Positions 42,954-55,284 of a DNA stretch of 64,000 nt are shown here, piece by piece; positions within the stretch are counted from its first letter, which is position 1; each line of letters starts with the position of its first letter. Both the position numbers and the translations under genes were made by a program. The notes beneath the pieces are model-generated. The model searched no databases. It saw only the letters and a list, made by a program, of their open reading frames with translations, and had not been told where the DNA came from. Origin of the DNA: Salisapilia sapeloensis CBS 127946. Its lineage: Eukaryota; Protista; Oomycota. The DNA lies in the NCBI GenBank assembly GCA_023334545.1, contig JAADVB010000012.1:62001-126000 (forward strand), given 5' to 3'.

Positions 42954-44775
42954 ATGCTACGAGTACTTGGCACCGGATTATCTCGTGCTGGCGGTGGTGT
43001 TCATGCAATCAGGCAACATCACCGGCCTTGCATGGTACCTGCAAGCCCTTTGCAATACTTAAAAACAGACTATGCGAGGTCAATGAGCTCTGAAAGCCGT
43101 GATAAACTGGTGAAGCGAAAGGTGGCATTCGTCGCTGGCTACAATGGGAATAGTTATCATGGCGTGCAGTTAAATGACAGTGTTCCAACGGTGGAGCACC
43201 AATTGCGACAGGCTTTGTTTGACTGTGGAGCTATTCGTGAATCTAACTTTGAAGATTTGTCCAAAATCGACTGGGCTCGAAGTAGTCGGACGGACAAAGG
43301 CGTCCATGCTGGCTGCATTGTGGTACGTCTCTTTCTCTTCCGTTTAGCCCTGTAGCCACTGCATTTCTCCTGTTGACTTGATGCAATTATATAACGCTGC
43401 CTATATAGTTTTCTGCTAAGCTACTGATCGATGAAGACGCGATTGACTCTCGAACAGACCGTATCCCATACCTTACCGAAGCTGTGAATGCTCGTCTACC
43501 TGAAAGTATTCGCATCTTCTCCTTTACACGTGTTCACAAGCGTTTTAACGCTCGACATAACTGTGTCCTTCGAGACTATGAGTACTTCCTCCCTCTTTCG
43601 TTTTTTCAAGAAAGTCAAATCGATGGATCGAAAGTAGATATTGACGAAGCGATTGCAACGTTCTGCTCTGCTTTACGTCAATATGAAGGTGTACATGACT
43701 TTCATAACTTTACCAAGTCCCGATCGTTCTTCTATCGTCGACGGGCAAAGTACATGCAAGAGAGTACAAGTAATGAAGACGAGAGTGCTGAAGCAACGTT
43801 TGAGACGCAGTTTATTAATGAAGAGAAGACGGAACGTAAGAAACTACCTCGTCATCGTCGTGCTGTCTACTCTTGCTCCGCTTCGCGCATTGAAGATTTT
43901 TGTGGCACATCCTACGTCCGTGTTCACGTCGTCGGCCAAGCATTTCTACTCAATCAGATCCGATGCATGATCGGAGGTGCCTTTGCTCTCGCGACGAATC
44001 AAATGTCTCAAACGGCATTTGACGCTGCGTTGGAGACGAATCGAGTCGTTCGTGTCCCGATTGCTCCACCAGACGGACTCGTCCTCTTGAGCTGTACGTT
44101 AGGAGGCAAGATGCATGCCGTATCTCTCCTGCCAGATCCGAATACAGAGCTCGCGAAGGAACGAAAGGACTTGACGCATCGAGTGTTGCTTGGAAAGAAA
44201 GAGGACAATCAGATGAGCAAGTTCCGGGAGGAAGTGATCTATCCAGAAGTCCATGCTGCTTGGCAGGAAGCGGATATGGAACGATGGAGAGCATACTTGG
44301 AACGTGTGATTGAGACGAATGAAGAGTTAAATGAGAGTGACTTGGAAACGGCGTTGGAACAAGTACGTGAAGAGCGGGAAGGAAAGGATCGCAAGCGACA
44401 GGAGTTTGCCGAGAAGAGGCGCAAAGAGGCAGCGGAGAGAGAAGCCAAGGAACCGCTGATGGGCAAAGGAGGAAGTGCTTTGCCACGACAGTTTACTACC
44501 AAGTTGTGCGTGCACTATGGTGTCGCTCCTGGGATCTTCACTGGTGACTTACAGCGTGCAATCTCCAAGGTATGTACATGAGGTATATGGATATGTGACT
44601 CGTATTGATTTTGTATTCTTAGCACTTTCGACTGGGCTACATTCCATTGGAAGCGACAGAAGACGAGGTGCTCGAGTACATTGATGCCACGGGTGTAGAG
44701 AAACTGGTAAAGGAAGGTCGGCATCTTCGTCAGGCGCAACAGTCGACACCGATGCCTCGTCGTAACAAACAATAG
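42954..44775 (+). CDS. PUS1: tRNA pseudouridine synthase (TruA/PUS1 family), 3 exons
   Basis: GYNGNSYHGVQ, RSSRTDKGVHA (catalytic Asp), GVHDFHNFT, GQAFLLNQIRCMIG. Confidence 0.9.
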
Positions 44776-44796
44776 ATAGGTCTTTTGCAACGGTGT

Positions 44797-45618
44797 TTAG
44801 TTCTCCACGACTGCTACAAGTGTACCAGATGTGACTTTCGTACGTCGAACGAGACCTCTACCTTCCATGTCAGACAGATGGTAGTCTAGCGGCAGTGTTG
44901 AATGCCGTAGCTTGCGTTTCTTGAGCTGAGTTTCGGCTACTTCCTTGTATTTCGTTCGTTTTAAAGTCGATAGAAGCGTCGAGCGAGTTTTTGACAGAGC
45001 TGTCACGAGCTTACCGATCCCTGGTAAGGATAATGTAAAGCTCTCGTGGTGCAGACTTGTCGTGGACCGAAGGAATCCGATGCGTTGTAGCCAAATAGCA
45101 TACTGACGCGCACTCTCGACGCTTATTTCACTGCTTATGGTCCGTTTGGCGTTCATAGCACCATGCAGATATGCAATAGTGATAGACGATTCCATGCAGA
45201 CATCTTGTAAAATATTTCGAAGCTGCTTTAGAGCTGCAAGTTGGCTACTTTTGCTATCACATGACGGACGAGATGTGATTTTCTCCATGCTCGAGTCAAT
45301 ACAAGCTTCATAGGTGGCAAATTGAACGAGAACGTAGTCTTCCTTTCCAGTCGGAATAGGAAAGCTGATTAAAGTCTTATTCAATTGATGCTCATGCACG
45401 CTCTGGTCCACTCGCGTCCGATTCGGTAGCACAGCGTAGAGTTGGTGCCACAGAACGAGCGGTGGGAGCTTCCATTCACGAAAACCCTTGGCACTACGAC
45501 TATGGATCAATTCCAACGTCGCTAACACATCATCGACGATATCGTCAGTTACTTCCCATTCGTCCTCTGCCTCTACGGCCGATCGCTGCGTCGGAGCAGG
45601 CCGACGCCGACGGAGCAT
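44797..45618 (-). CDS. STK19: STK19 family winged-helix protein
   Basis: LPPLVLWHQLY...RTRVDQ; FTLSLPGIGK; LKRTKYKEV; LDYHLSDMEGRGLV...TSG. Confidence 0.8.
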   Translation of the reverse strand: MLRRRRPAPTQRSAVEAEDEWEVTDDIVDDVLATLELIHSRSAKGFREWKLPPLVLWHQLYAVLPNRTRVDQSVHEHQLNKTLISFPIPTGKEDYVLVQFATYEACIDSSMEKITSRPSCDSKSSQLAALKQLRNILQDVCMESSITIAYLHGAMNAKRTISSEISVESARQYAIWLQRIGFLRSTTSLHHESFTLSLPGIGKLVTALSKTRSTLLSTLKRTKYKEVAETQLKKRKLRHSTLPLDYHLSDMEGRGLVRRTKVTSGTLVAVVEN

Positions 45619-46188
45619 AATGAGTCACTCGTTTAACTTGAAGTTTGTATGACGTTGGTTTTGGGTTTTCTCTGCATGCCTTTTGAAGCTACCAGTAGGT
45701 CCTTGACCAGCTTTTCTTCTACGAGAAGCGCAGGAAGTCGGTCGGAATTGTCAAGACTTGCGTATATGGGGCGCGAACCGCTAACGTCGTGGCTATGGCG
45801 GCTCTCGCGCCTCTGTTTGTCCGTCTGTCGATCATTTCCAGGCATGCTCGTCGCAACGACATCCTTTTCTTCATTCGGTATTTGCTCTATACTACTGTAA
45901 GTGAGCATTTGGCTTACGCTAGTGTGTAGTCCGTGGGCATGTGGAGATCACTGTCCAAGACTACTCGTTTAAAGGTAGTGTGGTCGTGTATTAGTCGTAA
46001 AAAGCATGAATTCCGACATGACATGATGATGATAGGGACGAAAGAGCAGGATGTCGCGGTCATTGAAGCCGCCGAGTTCCAAACTTCCGACCTTCCTCGC
46101 GTTCTTGAAAGTATAATTTGTCATATAAAATCATGTATGTCCTTCTGACGATGGGATAGCTCTCGCAGATCCAGACAGTCGACGCCTA

Positions 46189-46932
46189 ATGCCGACATCT
46201 GGTAGTCTCACCTTTGATGACAAAGACTCGGACCTATCTGAGAGAGACGTTGCGGTTCTACTTATGCTACTCATGCTTAGTTTCCACCTCGCTAATTGCG
46301 GATTTAATTTCGTTCGTTCCATGTTTGCAAAACGAGGACAAACTACCCACAAATCTCTTTTACTCTGCGATGCACCTCACCAGTGTGAAAAGCAGGCAGC
46401 TTTACAATTATTTCATTTGCAATTTCTCTTGGCTGCGAGAAGATTGGAACAGCGAACAGATAATAACGTCTCGATACAGGAAGACCGTTCAGATGATGAG
46501 CAAGAGACTCGATTGCTACAAAGCGTACAGTCGATCGTGGGCGACGTACAGCATTTAAGTGTCTCTGAGCTATTGGAGTCTTTGGAATCACTTCATGTAA
46601 CAGACGCAAAGTCGTTGACGGCAAGTATTGAAACGTACGTTGCAGAGATGAAGCGAGGGTTGGAAGAAGATGCTGAAAGTGCGTCCAAAGCCTGGGGTCG
46701 AATCCAGAGACTATATTCCGGAACGTCGGATCGGAAACAGACTTGTAGAGTAAGTCAAGCAACGTTGCCTCGACGGCATACGTCACCGGGTGTCGGTATG
46801 AGAGAAGCTGGACGAAATGCTGTGTTGAAGAGATTGGCAGAGGATTTGCCGCATGGATTTACGCCAGAAATGTTTGCGACTTTGGGCAAGTCACTGAAAG
46901 AAAGTATTGGCGAGGAGCAACAACCAAGATGA
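46189..46932 (+). CDS. Hypothetical protein, core exon of a probable multi-exon gene (about 45790-47680)
   Basis: 247-aa open frame with helical, charged composition; GT-AG-flanked open segments on both sides; no recognised domain. Confidence 0.45.
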   Translation: MPTSGSLTFDDKDSDLSERDVAVLLMLLMLSFHLANCGFNFVRSMFAKRGQTTHKSLLLCDAPHQCEKQAALQLFHLQFLLAARRLEQRTDNNVSIQEDRSDDEQETRLLQSVQSIVGDVQHLSVSELLESLESLHVTDAKSLTASIETYVAEMKRGLEEDAESASKAWGRIQRLYSGTSDRKQTCRVSQATLPRRHTSPGVGMREAGRNAVLKRLAEDLPHGFTPEMFATLGKSLKESIGEEQQPR

Positions 46933-47759
46933 GGATGCGACTGTTTTTGCTGAAGATTGGCTTCTCACCGATGTATATCTCATCTCCTCCTCACAGGAAC
47001 TTGGTTGTAAAAATATAATTCTAACATGGTTCGGCAACTTTGTGTGATACGTGGACCACTTTTGACTAGAAATATGTATGCTAAACAGGAAATGGTCGCT
47101 AAGGTGAATCTACAAATAGTACGCATTTGGCTTCGTCTCATGTTTGATAGAGATACTGTATGGGTTGATTTTTACGCCAAGTATATTGCTTCCTGCGTTT
47201 TAAAGAGCTTTATAAATAGCTGTGCAAGCTTGTCGTGAATGCCGATTTAGTTCATGCGAATCGCTTTGCAAGTATCGCTACTTTGGCTTTCATATTGCGT
47301 AGAATTTGCTGTTGTAGGGATAGGAGTGAGAATTTTAACTACAAGAACGGGAAGAGCGTGGCAAGCAAAACATCTCTGTTTGAAGAAGTAACCTGTCATA
47401 CGTACTATATAGCTTTATATCCAAGGATAAAGAGATTAAAACTAATATTTCATACGAGATGCGTCTAACGTGCATGCTGTCATTGCTTTCTTGCAGACAC
47501 CTGTGATTCTGCAAAACACCGATACAATATTATCCGAATCGACTAGACAAATGCCCGATTACTTTACACTCTTCTACTGTACTATAAATGATTACACCTT
47601 TTTCATTACTTTCGGTAAAAGGCTTGAAGCAAAATATCACCAACGGATCAATATAACAGAAATGGAATGCCTTTAACACACAAGTAGTGCTTATTCAGAA
47701 CTCGTTCGTAGGCTAAAAGACAAATTCAGTGACAAGAACAACATTCTATATTGATCAAA

Positions 47760-48155
47760 CTAGGATGATTCTTTCGGCGTAAGGAATCGAGCGACCTCGT
47801 CGTCATTTTGTCCATGGCCTTGTAGTCGCAGCTTGGAGTTGTCGTAGGCAAGCATCACACCTCCAAGTGTACCGATGATACCTGAGAATAGAAACCCAGG
47901 AACAGCAAGCGGCTTGGATAGCTGTCGGCCTATATATTTTGCTTTAATATTGCGTATTCCCAAGATACTTTATGTCACCATCATACCAATCAAATAGCCT
48001 AGTGGGAAGCACACCGCACCCAGTCCTGCGGCCTGGGTAAAGTCATTCTTGCTGCAATTTTCCCAAATCTGCTTTGTTGTCGGGTTTTCCAAGACCACCG
48101 GATATTTTGGTGTCCGATAGTCATTAAACACCGGAGGCTTCCGCTCTTCACTCAT
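47760..48155 (-). CDS. Complex I NUXM / 20.9-kDa subunit-like protein, divergent paralog (2 exons)
   Basis: KYPVVLENP...LGYLIG|...IGTLGGVMLAYDNSKLRLQG...NDDEVARF; intron 47986-47930. Confidence 0.75.
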
Positions 48156-48319
48156 TCTCCTCGTCTATTGTTTCGGTCGATGTGTGCTCAAGTAGCCACT
48201 CTTTCGTCCATACGTAATATTAGCTCTTTTACTAAACCACACACCACGAAAGAAATATTTATAAAAATTTCATTTCGAGTCTTCTCCCTATAGCTCCGAC
48301 CTCCGCTCCCTCACTCGGC

Positions 48320-50037
48320 ATGAGCGAAGGCGATTTCCCATTAAAACACACCTCTTTCCTCGGTACATCCGTGACGTACATTTGTCAGAATGTCAATGGT
48401 CCTTGTCCGTTGCTAGCTATTGCGAACGTCCTGCTGCTTCGACAGCATATTCGCCTGCCGCAGTCTGCGTTAGACAGTGGCAGTATCTCCTCCACACAGC
48501 TCATGCAAGCTGTCCTTGAGAGACTAGAAGCAGCGAATCAACCTGTACGACACTAGTATTCCGTCCTACGCGTGTATGTGTATCTGATTATGCGATTGAT
48601 ATAGCGAGCGGATGCAGAAGAGTTGGAAAAACTGACACAGGAGAAGACTTTACAGGATGTAAAAGACCTGCTTCCGAGTCTATTGGTTGGCCTAGATGTC
48701 AATGTTCGCTTCCGAAAGTAGGAATTCTAGTTTATACGTAGTCAATAAGAAGTGCTCATGGAAGCTCATGTGATAGAACCTCCGACTTTGAGTATACGGT
48801 CGCATGTGCCATCTTTGACATGTTGGATATCATCCTCGTGCATGGATGGCTTGTGGATCCGCAAGACACCACTACTTCCAATGTCGTCGGAAGCCGATCC
48901 TACAATGAGCTCGTCGAGAGACTAATGGACTACCGAGGAATCCTCATGACCGAATCGAAATCAGAAGCTTCTTCATCAGCCAATGCCTCAACTCCCGTCA
49001 CTGAAGCTACCGAAGACGACAAAGCCGACAAAGTTGAAGAAAAAGCTCCAGCCACCACGCCGTTGCTTCCTCCGTTGTCCATCAAAACCTCACCGGATGT
49101 GGTTGGATCCGTGGAACAGGAAATTACCCCACAGACATCTGTCAGTCCGTCCAAGCAAACGATAGATTCATTAAAGCAAGAGCGCCAGTTAAACGACTCG
49201 GACGCTCTTCAGACTGCAACGACGTTATTACAGGAAGGACCTGTGCTAGAGGACTTTTTCCACGACACAGCATCTCAGCTGACGTACACTGGTCTCATCC
49301 AACTGCATGAAGACGTGCGCGAACGTCAGCTGTGTGTTTTCTTTCGCAACAACCACTTTTCCTCTATCTTTAAATTTGACGGATCGTTATATCTTCTCGT
49401 GACGGACGTCGGGTACTATGACGAGCCGTCGGTTGTGTGGGAGAAACTAAGTGAAATCCATGGAGACACGAGTTACTTTGACCAGGACTTTCGGCCGTTG
49501 AATGCTGCTGAGACGCGTCAACAGTCGATCCTGACGTCTCAGGAACATACAGCCGTGCCAGAGCCCACGGAGGAGGAGAAGGAAGCTCTGAAGGCACAGG
49601 AAGACGCAGACTTGGCTCTGGCCATGAAGTTGCAGGAAGAGGAGGATGGGCAATCGAATACGCAGACGTATGAGACGGTTGCCACTGACTCGAACGAAGT
49701 AGATGATGGGTATCACAACCAACTTGCCGAAAAGAGTCAGCCAGCGGTTCGTAGCTACCGTGCGAGCTCGCAGACAAACCCAGGCGGCACTGCTACGGAA
49801 CCTCCGGAAGAGCCGATTAACATGAACAGTGATGGAGAGCTTGTGCTTAGTCAGGAAGACATTGAAGCGCAAAGACAGGCAGAAGCGTATTATGCGCAGA
49901 AGAGGCAGGATGAGCAAGATCAGCGAAGGTACCAGGAGCAGTTGGCGAGAGAGCTTCAACATCAGCAGCAAGCGCAGAGACAGCGGCAGGCGTCTCAGCC
50001 TCGCCAAAACTCTGGAAGCGACTGTAGTCTTATGTAG
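48320..50037 (+). CDS. MINDY: MINDY-1/2 (FAM63) K48 deubiquitinase, multi-exon
   Basis: CQNVNGPCPLLAIANVL (catalytic Cys), LVHGWLVDP, FFRNNHFS (catalytic His), MIU-like DADLALAMKLQEEE. Confidence 0.93.
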
Positions 50038-50810
50038 ATGCTTGTAGTGGACGCTTCTAACTTTGCAATGCATTATTTTAAACCAAGACGAAAATTTGTT
50101 CAAAAGGAGTTGATAAGTAGCTACGAACGGGGAAAGAAACTGAAAGTAACATTGTTCTGCATGGGCGGTAGGATCGTATCTTGTGTGTATGCTTCTAAAT
50201 GTTCAATTCGACGTACTAAAGAGACTCTTTCAGATGCTATGAAGTATAAGAGTTGACTTTTAGTTTACCTAGATGATTCTATAGCAACTGCATAGTAGTC
50301 TATACGATATAACGTTGCTCTTGTCTTGTGTTTGTTACCTTTCATGTAGATAGCTTCTTTCGTATCGCTGATTTCTTTTACATGCAAATTCGATTCATCT
50401 TTCTTTACTATATTCCAAATGTACAAGTTCCTTTGTCTTTGCTCTATAGCTGTTCCTACTTTTGATTCTCTAGCTTGCTATTAACATTTTCTGTATAATA
50501 TAAGTGGGGCAGGTTTCCATCTAGTGCTTTAGTGCTTAAAGCAATTTGTAATTCCTCCTTCATTTACTACCTCTTGAAACCCTTCCTCTCGTACGTCACT
50601 GACAATTACATCGACCAAGAAGTTATACAGAATACTTTAAGTCGGGAGATCGATGTCTGCGTCGGCTTTGAAGATATGAGAAAGTCAATAGCTGGTTAGA
50701 TGAGAAAGTAGATGTTCGACGAGGGACGAGGTAAAACGAAAGACACATCATGAGGCACTTAAAATCACTTGCATTTCACCGATCGTGAGCTAGAGGGTAC
50801 CCACTGTGTT

Positions 50811-51248
50811 CGCGCTGAACACCGATTCGGTATATTTTGGGATTCGCTTTTTTGTCATTCTATTCATGATAATCTAATTGAGCAATTCCACGTTCGCCGA
50901 GAATAGCCGATTTTGCTTCGCCACTTGGCACTTAACTCCTAACGTAGCACTTCAATATAGCTTTCCAATCAAGAAAGAAGTGCAAGAGCAAGTGATCGTT
51001 CGTCTTTGATGCAATCAGGAGAAAACCATCCTCGAGAAGACTTCAAGGCACGCCTGGTGCTCGAAATGTGCACATTTGAAAAAACGCGCGAAAGACTCGA
51101 TGAGCTTTTCGCTATTATTTCGGAACAGGCGTAGTACAGTGCCGAACGAAATAATTGAGCGATATTTATGACGCAAACGGTATTCCGTCCCACTAAAATG
51201 GCGAAGAGCTTAATAGCGCAAATAAAGCGAATGCAACTTCAACCTGAA
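50811..51248. repeat. Degenerate dispersed repeat, copy 2 (partner 187..698)
   Basis: Direct-orientation similarity to 187..698; lies in an AT-rich, gene-free interval of about 1.8 kb. Confidence 0.85.
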
Positions 51249-51824
51249 TTACTTAGACGAGAAACCACGGTGCGCTCGATACTATCTCCCGTCAAAACAT
51301 GATAGAGGAACGGAAGATATAGGTGGATAGGCCTGGAAAGGTGAATGGCGGTGTAAGAATAGGGAGAGCCGCCAAATACTTAGGCATTCCTTCCTATGGC
51401 AATACATCCATGCTTATTTTCATGATAATCGGTAATCCGATCAATGAACACGGCCTGAATTTTGTTCTTATATATATATATCAATATGCTAGAACCGGGT
51501 AATTACACAAATTATTCAAGTTGCAGATAATGATAGAGGGACCCAGCACAAGTAGAAAGTCCATCCAGATGCTATTACCACAATCTAACTAGGATGTATG
51601 TTTTTATTCCCTATTTTCGACCAAGTAGGTAGCGTACATTATACTACTATCTCGCCTATTTCCATGTAGCATGGAAGAATACGCTCATGGACCTCTTATG
51701 TGATTTAATTTCATCACTTCATCCTTTTGATGTTATTTTAAGCAAAGGAAGGCAAGCTCGATTAATCATTCATTCATATCAAATTCATTAGATCTTATTC
51801 ACCTTTCCCCGATTTGACATCGCT

Positions 51825-53375
51825 TTATACTAACAACTCTACTTGCGTCATCTCCAATGGCTGTTCATCCGATATAACGCTAGCATCGGTTACTACAGTC
51901 TCCGATAAACTAACTGATAGGTTGTCAGTTGTCATTGACGGGCAAACGTAGTCAAAGCCAGCAAAGTCTCGGTCCGCATCGACGCTGGGTGCGACAAAAT
52001 GTAGCTTATGCGGCATACTAGTAAACTGTTCGTCAAAGTTGGCCACCAAATGGTTCGTTGTCGATGCTGGCATAATAGGAGCGGGAACCTGCTTCGATAG
52101 CATTTGATCCCACTTTACACCAGCAAAGAACGGATGCTCCTTCACTTCCTTGGAACCATCATAGAAACCCAGACGCTCTTCTTGCTTCTTACATAGCAAT
52201 CCCTGGATCAAGTGCTTCAGCTCTCGCGAAAAGTCTCCGGGGAATTGCAATGGCTGATAGACAATGCGATGGTGTGTGGCACGTTGAGAAGAGTTCGATG
52301 CGTAGAATGGAGGGTAACCGGTCTTAAGTTCATACAGCAGACAGCCTAGCTGCCAAAAGTCAACGGCAAGACCGTGACCGGCTCTGAAGCGTCCAGCCAT
52401 CTCTGGTGGAAGATACGCGTCGGTACCTACCAAGGAAAACGATCTGCCCGTCCTTGATGGCAGCTTCTTAGCAAGACCCAGATCACCAAGTTTAAGATGT
52501 CCATCCGCCGTGAGCAAGATATTCTCGGGTTTCATATCGCGGTAGACAATGTTCATCGAATGAAGATGCTCGATAGCTAGAAGGATTTCTGCCGCGTAGA
52601 ATTGGATAGAAGATTCTGGTAGTGTGCCGCCATGGCGCTGTAGCTGAAGAAAAAGATCTCCTCCGGCCATGAACTTGGACACAAGTAGTACGGAGTCGCC
52701 ACGAACAGCAGCAAAGTCGAGACCGAGGACAAATGGATGATTTCCGACCATTTGCATGACACTGCGCTCGGCAAACAATACCCGCGAGTTAACTTTCTTG
52801 ATGCTCATCTCCTTGACCGCGTACAGTTCTTCGTCCTTGGTGCACTTTTGTGTCTGATACCGAGATAACAGCACGCGTCCATAATGTCCTTGACCGAGTG
52901 TGCACAAAGTTTCCAACTTGTCGACATTGAAGGATATGTGGCGAGCTGCGAGAGAAGCTTGGTACACAAACCTCGACCTCTCTTTCTCGGATTCAGTCAC
53001 AAACATGATCGGCTTGGCGTCCGACGGAGTGACCGTGAAGATGTAACCGAGGACCGAGCCGTCATGAACAACCTGGACACTAGCTTGTGCCAAGTCAATG
53101 TATTCAAAGCTTGCCTGACTACCTGTAACAAGCTCCAAATCATTATCCACTGTGCTCTCTTCGCTCTCAGTGCTCGAGTTACTAGCAGCACGCGACCGTA
53201 GTCGACAAGTTATAAGAAAGTTGGACTTGATCATAATCTTGTAGGATGCCCATAGATGTGTAATGCGCCGTCGCTTCTTAAGCACTAGCTCAATGGAAGA
53301 AGGCAGGGATAGAATGAAAGCTTTGGCTTTATCAGTTGGTCCAACTTCCCGCCGTCCAAACACTTGCAGTCCCAT
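51825..53375 (-). CDS. AGC-family protein kinase with N-terminal PH-like domain
   Basis: LGQGHYGRV, YAVKEM, VYRDMKPEN, GDLG, VGTDAYLPPE, DFWQLG, NFDEQFT, hydrophobic motif FAGFDY. Confidence 0.92.
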   Translation of the reverse strand: MGLQVFGRREVGPTDKAKAFILSLPSSIELVLKKRRRITHLWASYKIMIKSNFLITCRLRSRAASNSSTESEESTVDNDLELVTGSQASFEYIDLAQASVQVVHDGSVLGYIFTVTPSDAKPIMFVTESEKERSRFVYQASLAARHISFNVDKLETLCTLGQGHYGRVLLSRYQTQKCTKDEELYAVKEMSIKKVNSRVLFAERSVMQMVGNHPFVLGLDFAAVRGDSVLLVSKFMAGGDLFLQLQRHGGTLPESSIQFYAAEILLAIEHLHSMNIVYRDMKPENILLTADGHLKLGDLGLAKKLPSRTGRSFSLVGTDAYLPPEMAGRFRAGHGLAVDFWQLGCLLYELKTGYPPFYASNSSQRATHHRIVYQPLQFPGDFSRELKHLIQGLLCKKQEERLGFYDGSKEVKEHPFFAGVKWDQMLSKQVPAPIMPASTTNHLVANFDEQFTSMPHKLHFVAPSVDADRDFAGFDYVCPSMTTDNLSVSLSETVVTDASVISDEQPLEMTQVELLV

Positions 53376-53704
53376 CTTGAATAGGTTCTTGTGGTGAAAC
53401 GAGAAGATTCAAGAATGGACTTGAGCAAGAGCTAGGTGGCGGTCGTCTAAAACCGGAGTGCACCTTTGGGACAACGTCGTGAGGATGATAGCATCGGTCG
53501 TAACCAGTAGAAAGCAGCTAGGTAGTCAGTACGACTATAAATAGTCATATCGATGGAAGGAACAAGATGTGACGTTAATGCAAGCCACTATACTGCTCGT
53601 CTAGAGGTGTCCTGATCCAACCAGACAGAAGTTGCGACTTGAAAGAAAACTGTCAAGACCGTTTGACCAGATTGAAAGATGAAAGGTTTATTGTCCCGTC
53701 GCAT

Positions 53705-55121
53705 CTACTGTCCATCCTTCTTCTCCTCGTCCTTCTTATCGTCTTTCTTATCTTCTTCCTTCTTGTTCATCTGCGCCATGGCGGCCTTGATCTTCGGGTC
53801 ATTTGGATCGACACCAGGCAATCCCGACAGCAAATTGTTCACAAAAGACGGATCCATGAACGGTTGATTGGAAGCTTGAGACGGAGCAGGTGGTGGGTTG
53901 CTTTCGTCCCGCTCTTGCGCAGCCTCCGGTTCAGGCGCAGGCGCCGCTTCCTTGGACTCGGCAGTGGCTGGCGCTGCCTCACCACTCTTATCTTCCCCAT
54001 CCTTCTTCTGCGCAGCTTCCTGACGAGCACGCTCCTCTTCCATGGATACACGCAGTGCGAGTGCCAGCTCCGGGTCGGCGTTAGGATCGATGCCTCCGTA
54101 CTCGGAGAAGTCGTTGCCGCCGCTGGAAGCAGCTCCAGTATCTCCTCCACTTGCAGGACCACCCCCATCTTCACCCTGGACAACAGGAGACGACATGAGG
54201 ACATCGGATGGGAGCACACCTGCAGGCACTGACACCAAGTGACTGTATGAAATGGTCAGCGAGATAGCGGGAAGATAGATTAGAGATGTTGGTACCTGTT
54301 TCCACTGCTGTTGGCGGCTTCGACAAAGGCCTGAAGCTTCGCACCGTTGGCTTCCAAGTCGCCCATGCTGACGACGTCGACTGCGATCTATAGTGACGTT
54401 AGCCTTGTATTCATGTAATGACAGGAGGTTTATGTACATTGTTCTTTTTCAGGAGTTTGCCGATTTTAGTCAGTTGTCGTTCATCCTCTTGAATCGGAGA
54501 GCCGATGAATACGACTACACGCTGTGCACCTGTGTATATACTTAATACAATAGTTGCATATGGATGTTTTTTTCATTCGTACCTGTCTTTTGACGACGGT
54601 GCTTCAAAGCGAGTTGCGCGACCTGGAGAGCGTTGGAGAATTTGACATTGCCATCGATGCGGACGGTGTGGATGGCATGGAGAAGCTTGCCCATGTCTTC
54701 TGTTGGAGAAGCCAAGACTTTGACACTAGAGTATCGAGAAAAGATGGTAGGTATTAGTATCAAGAGACTAGAAATGGAGAATATAGCGATACTGGATCGT
54801 ATCGTAGGACGAGAATGTACCTTTTGCCGGCCATGGTGAGGACACCAACCGTGCTTTCAGGGTTGGCCTGGGTCTTTGTGCCACACAAGAGGTTGGCAGC
54901 ATCGTGCTGAGCTTCCAATCTGGATGGAATGTAATCTCCATCACGCATCCATTCCGAATTGTCTAAACTACAGACCATACATCAGTCCTGTTGTTCATCC
55001 ACACAACTTCCATATTAATATAAATAGATCCATGTACAGCATATACATTGGAGGTATAGCTCATGCAAGTATATAATGCGTATAGAGGTACCTACCAGAT
55101 AATCGTCGACTCGAGAGGCAT
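53705..55121 (-). CDS. RPN10: 26S proteasome ubiquitin receptor Rpn10/PSMD4, multi-exon
   Basis: MPLESTIIC|[20 protein letters not shown]; [12 protein letters not shown]; LSDVLMSSP; [18 protein letters not shown]. Confidence 0.95.
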
Positions 55122-55284
55122 CGTAAGTAGACTTTTTCTCGACTTTAATTTTGCTTTCGTAGGATCTCCCAGGAATATGTTATAAAAGACTATTCTTAGA
55201 ATAGTAGCGACATTTAAACAGCAGTAGTGTAAGTTATATTATGGATCAGACAATCTCGCTGACAACGAATTGTGAAAACGAAGA

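Noticed and set aside
46343-46786. 147-aa minus-strand ORF
   Set aside because: Fully overlaps the longer plus-strand ORF that has supporting splice signals
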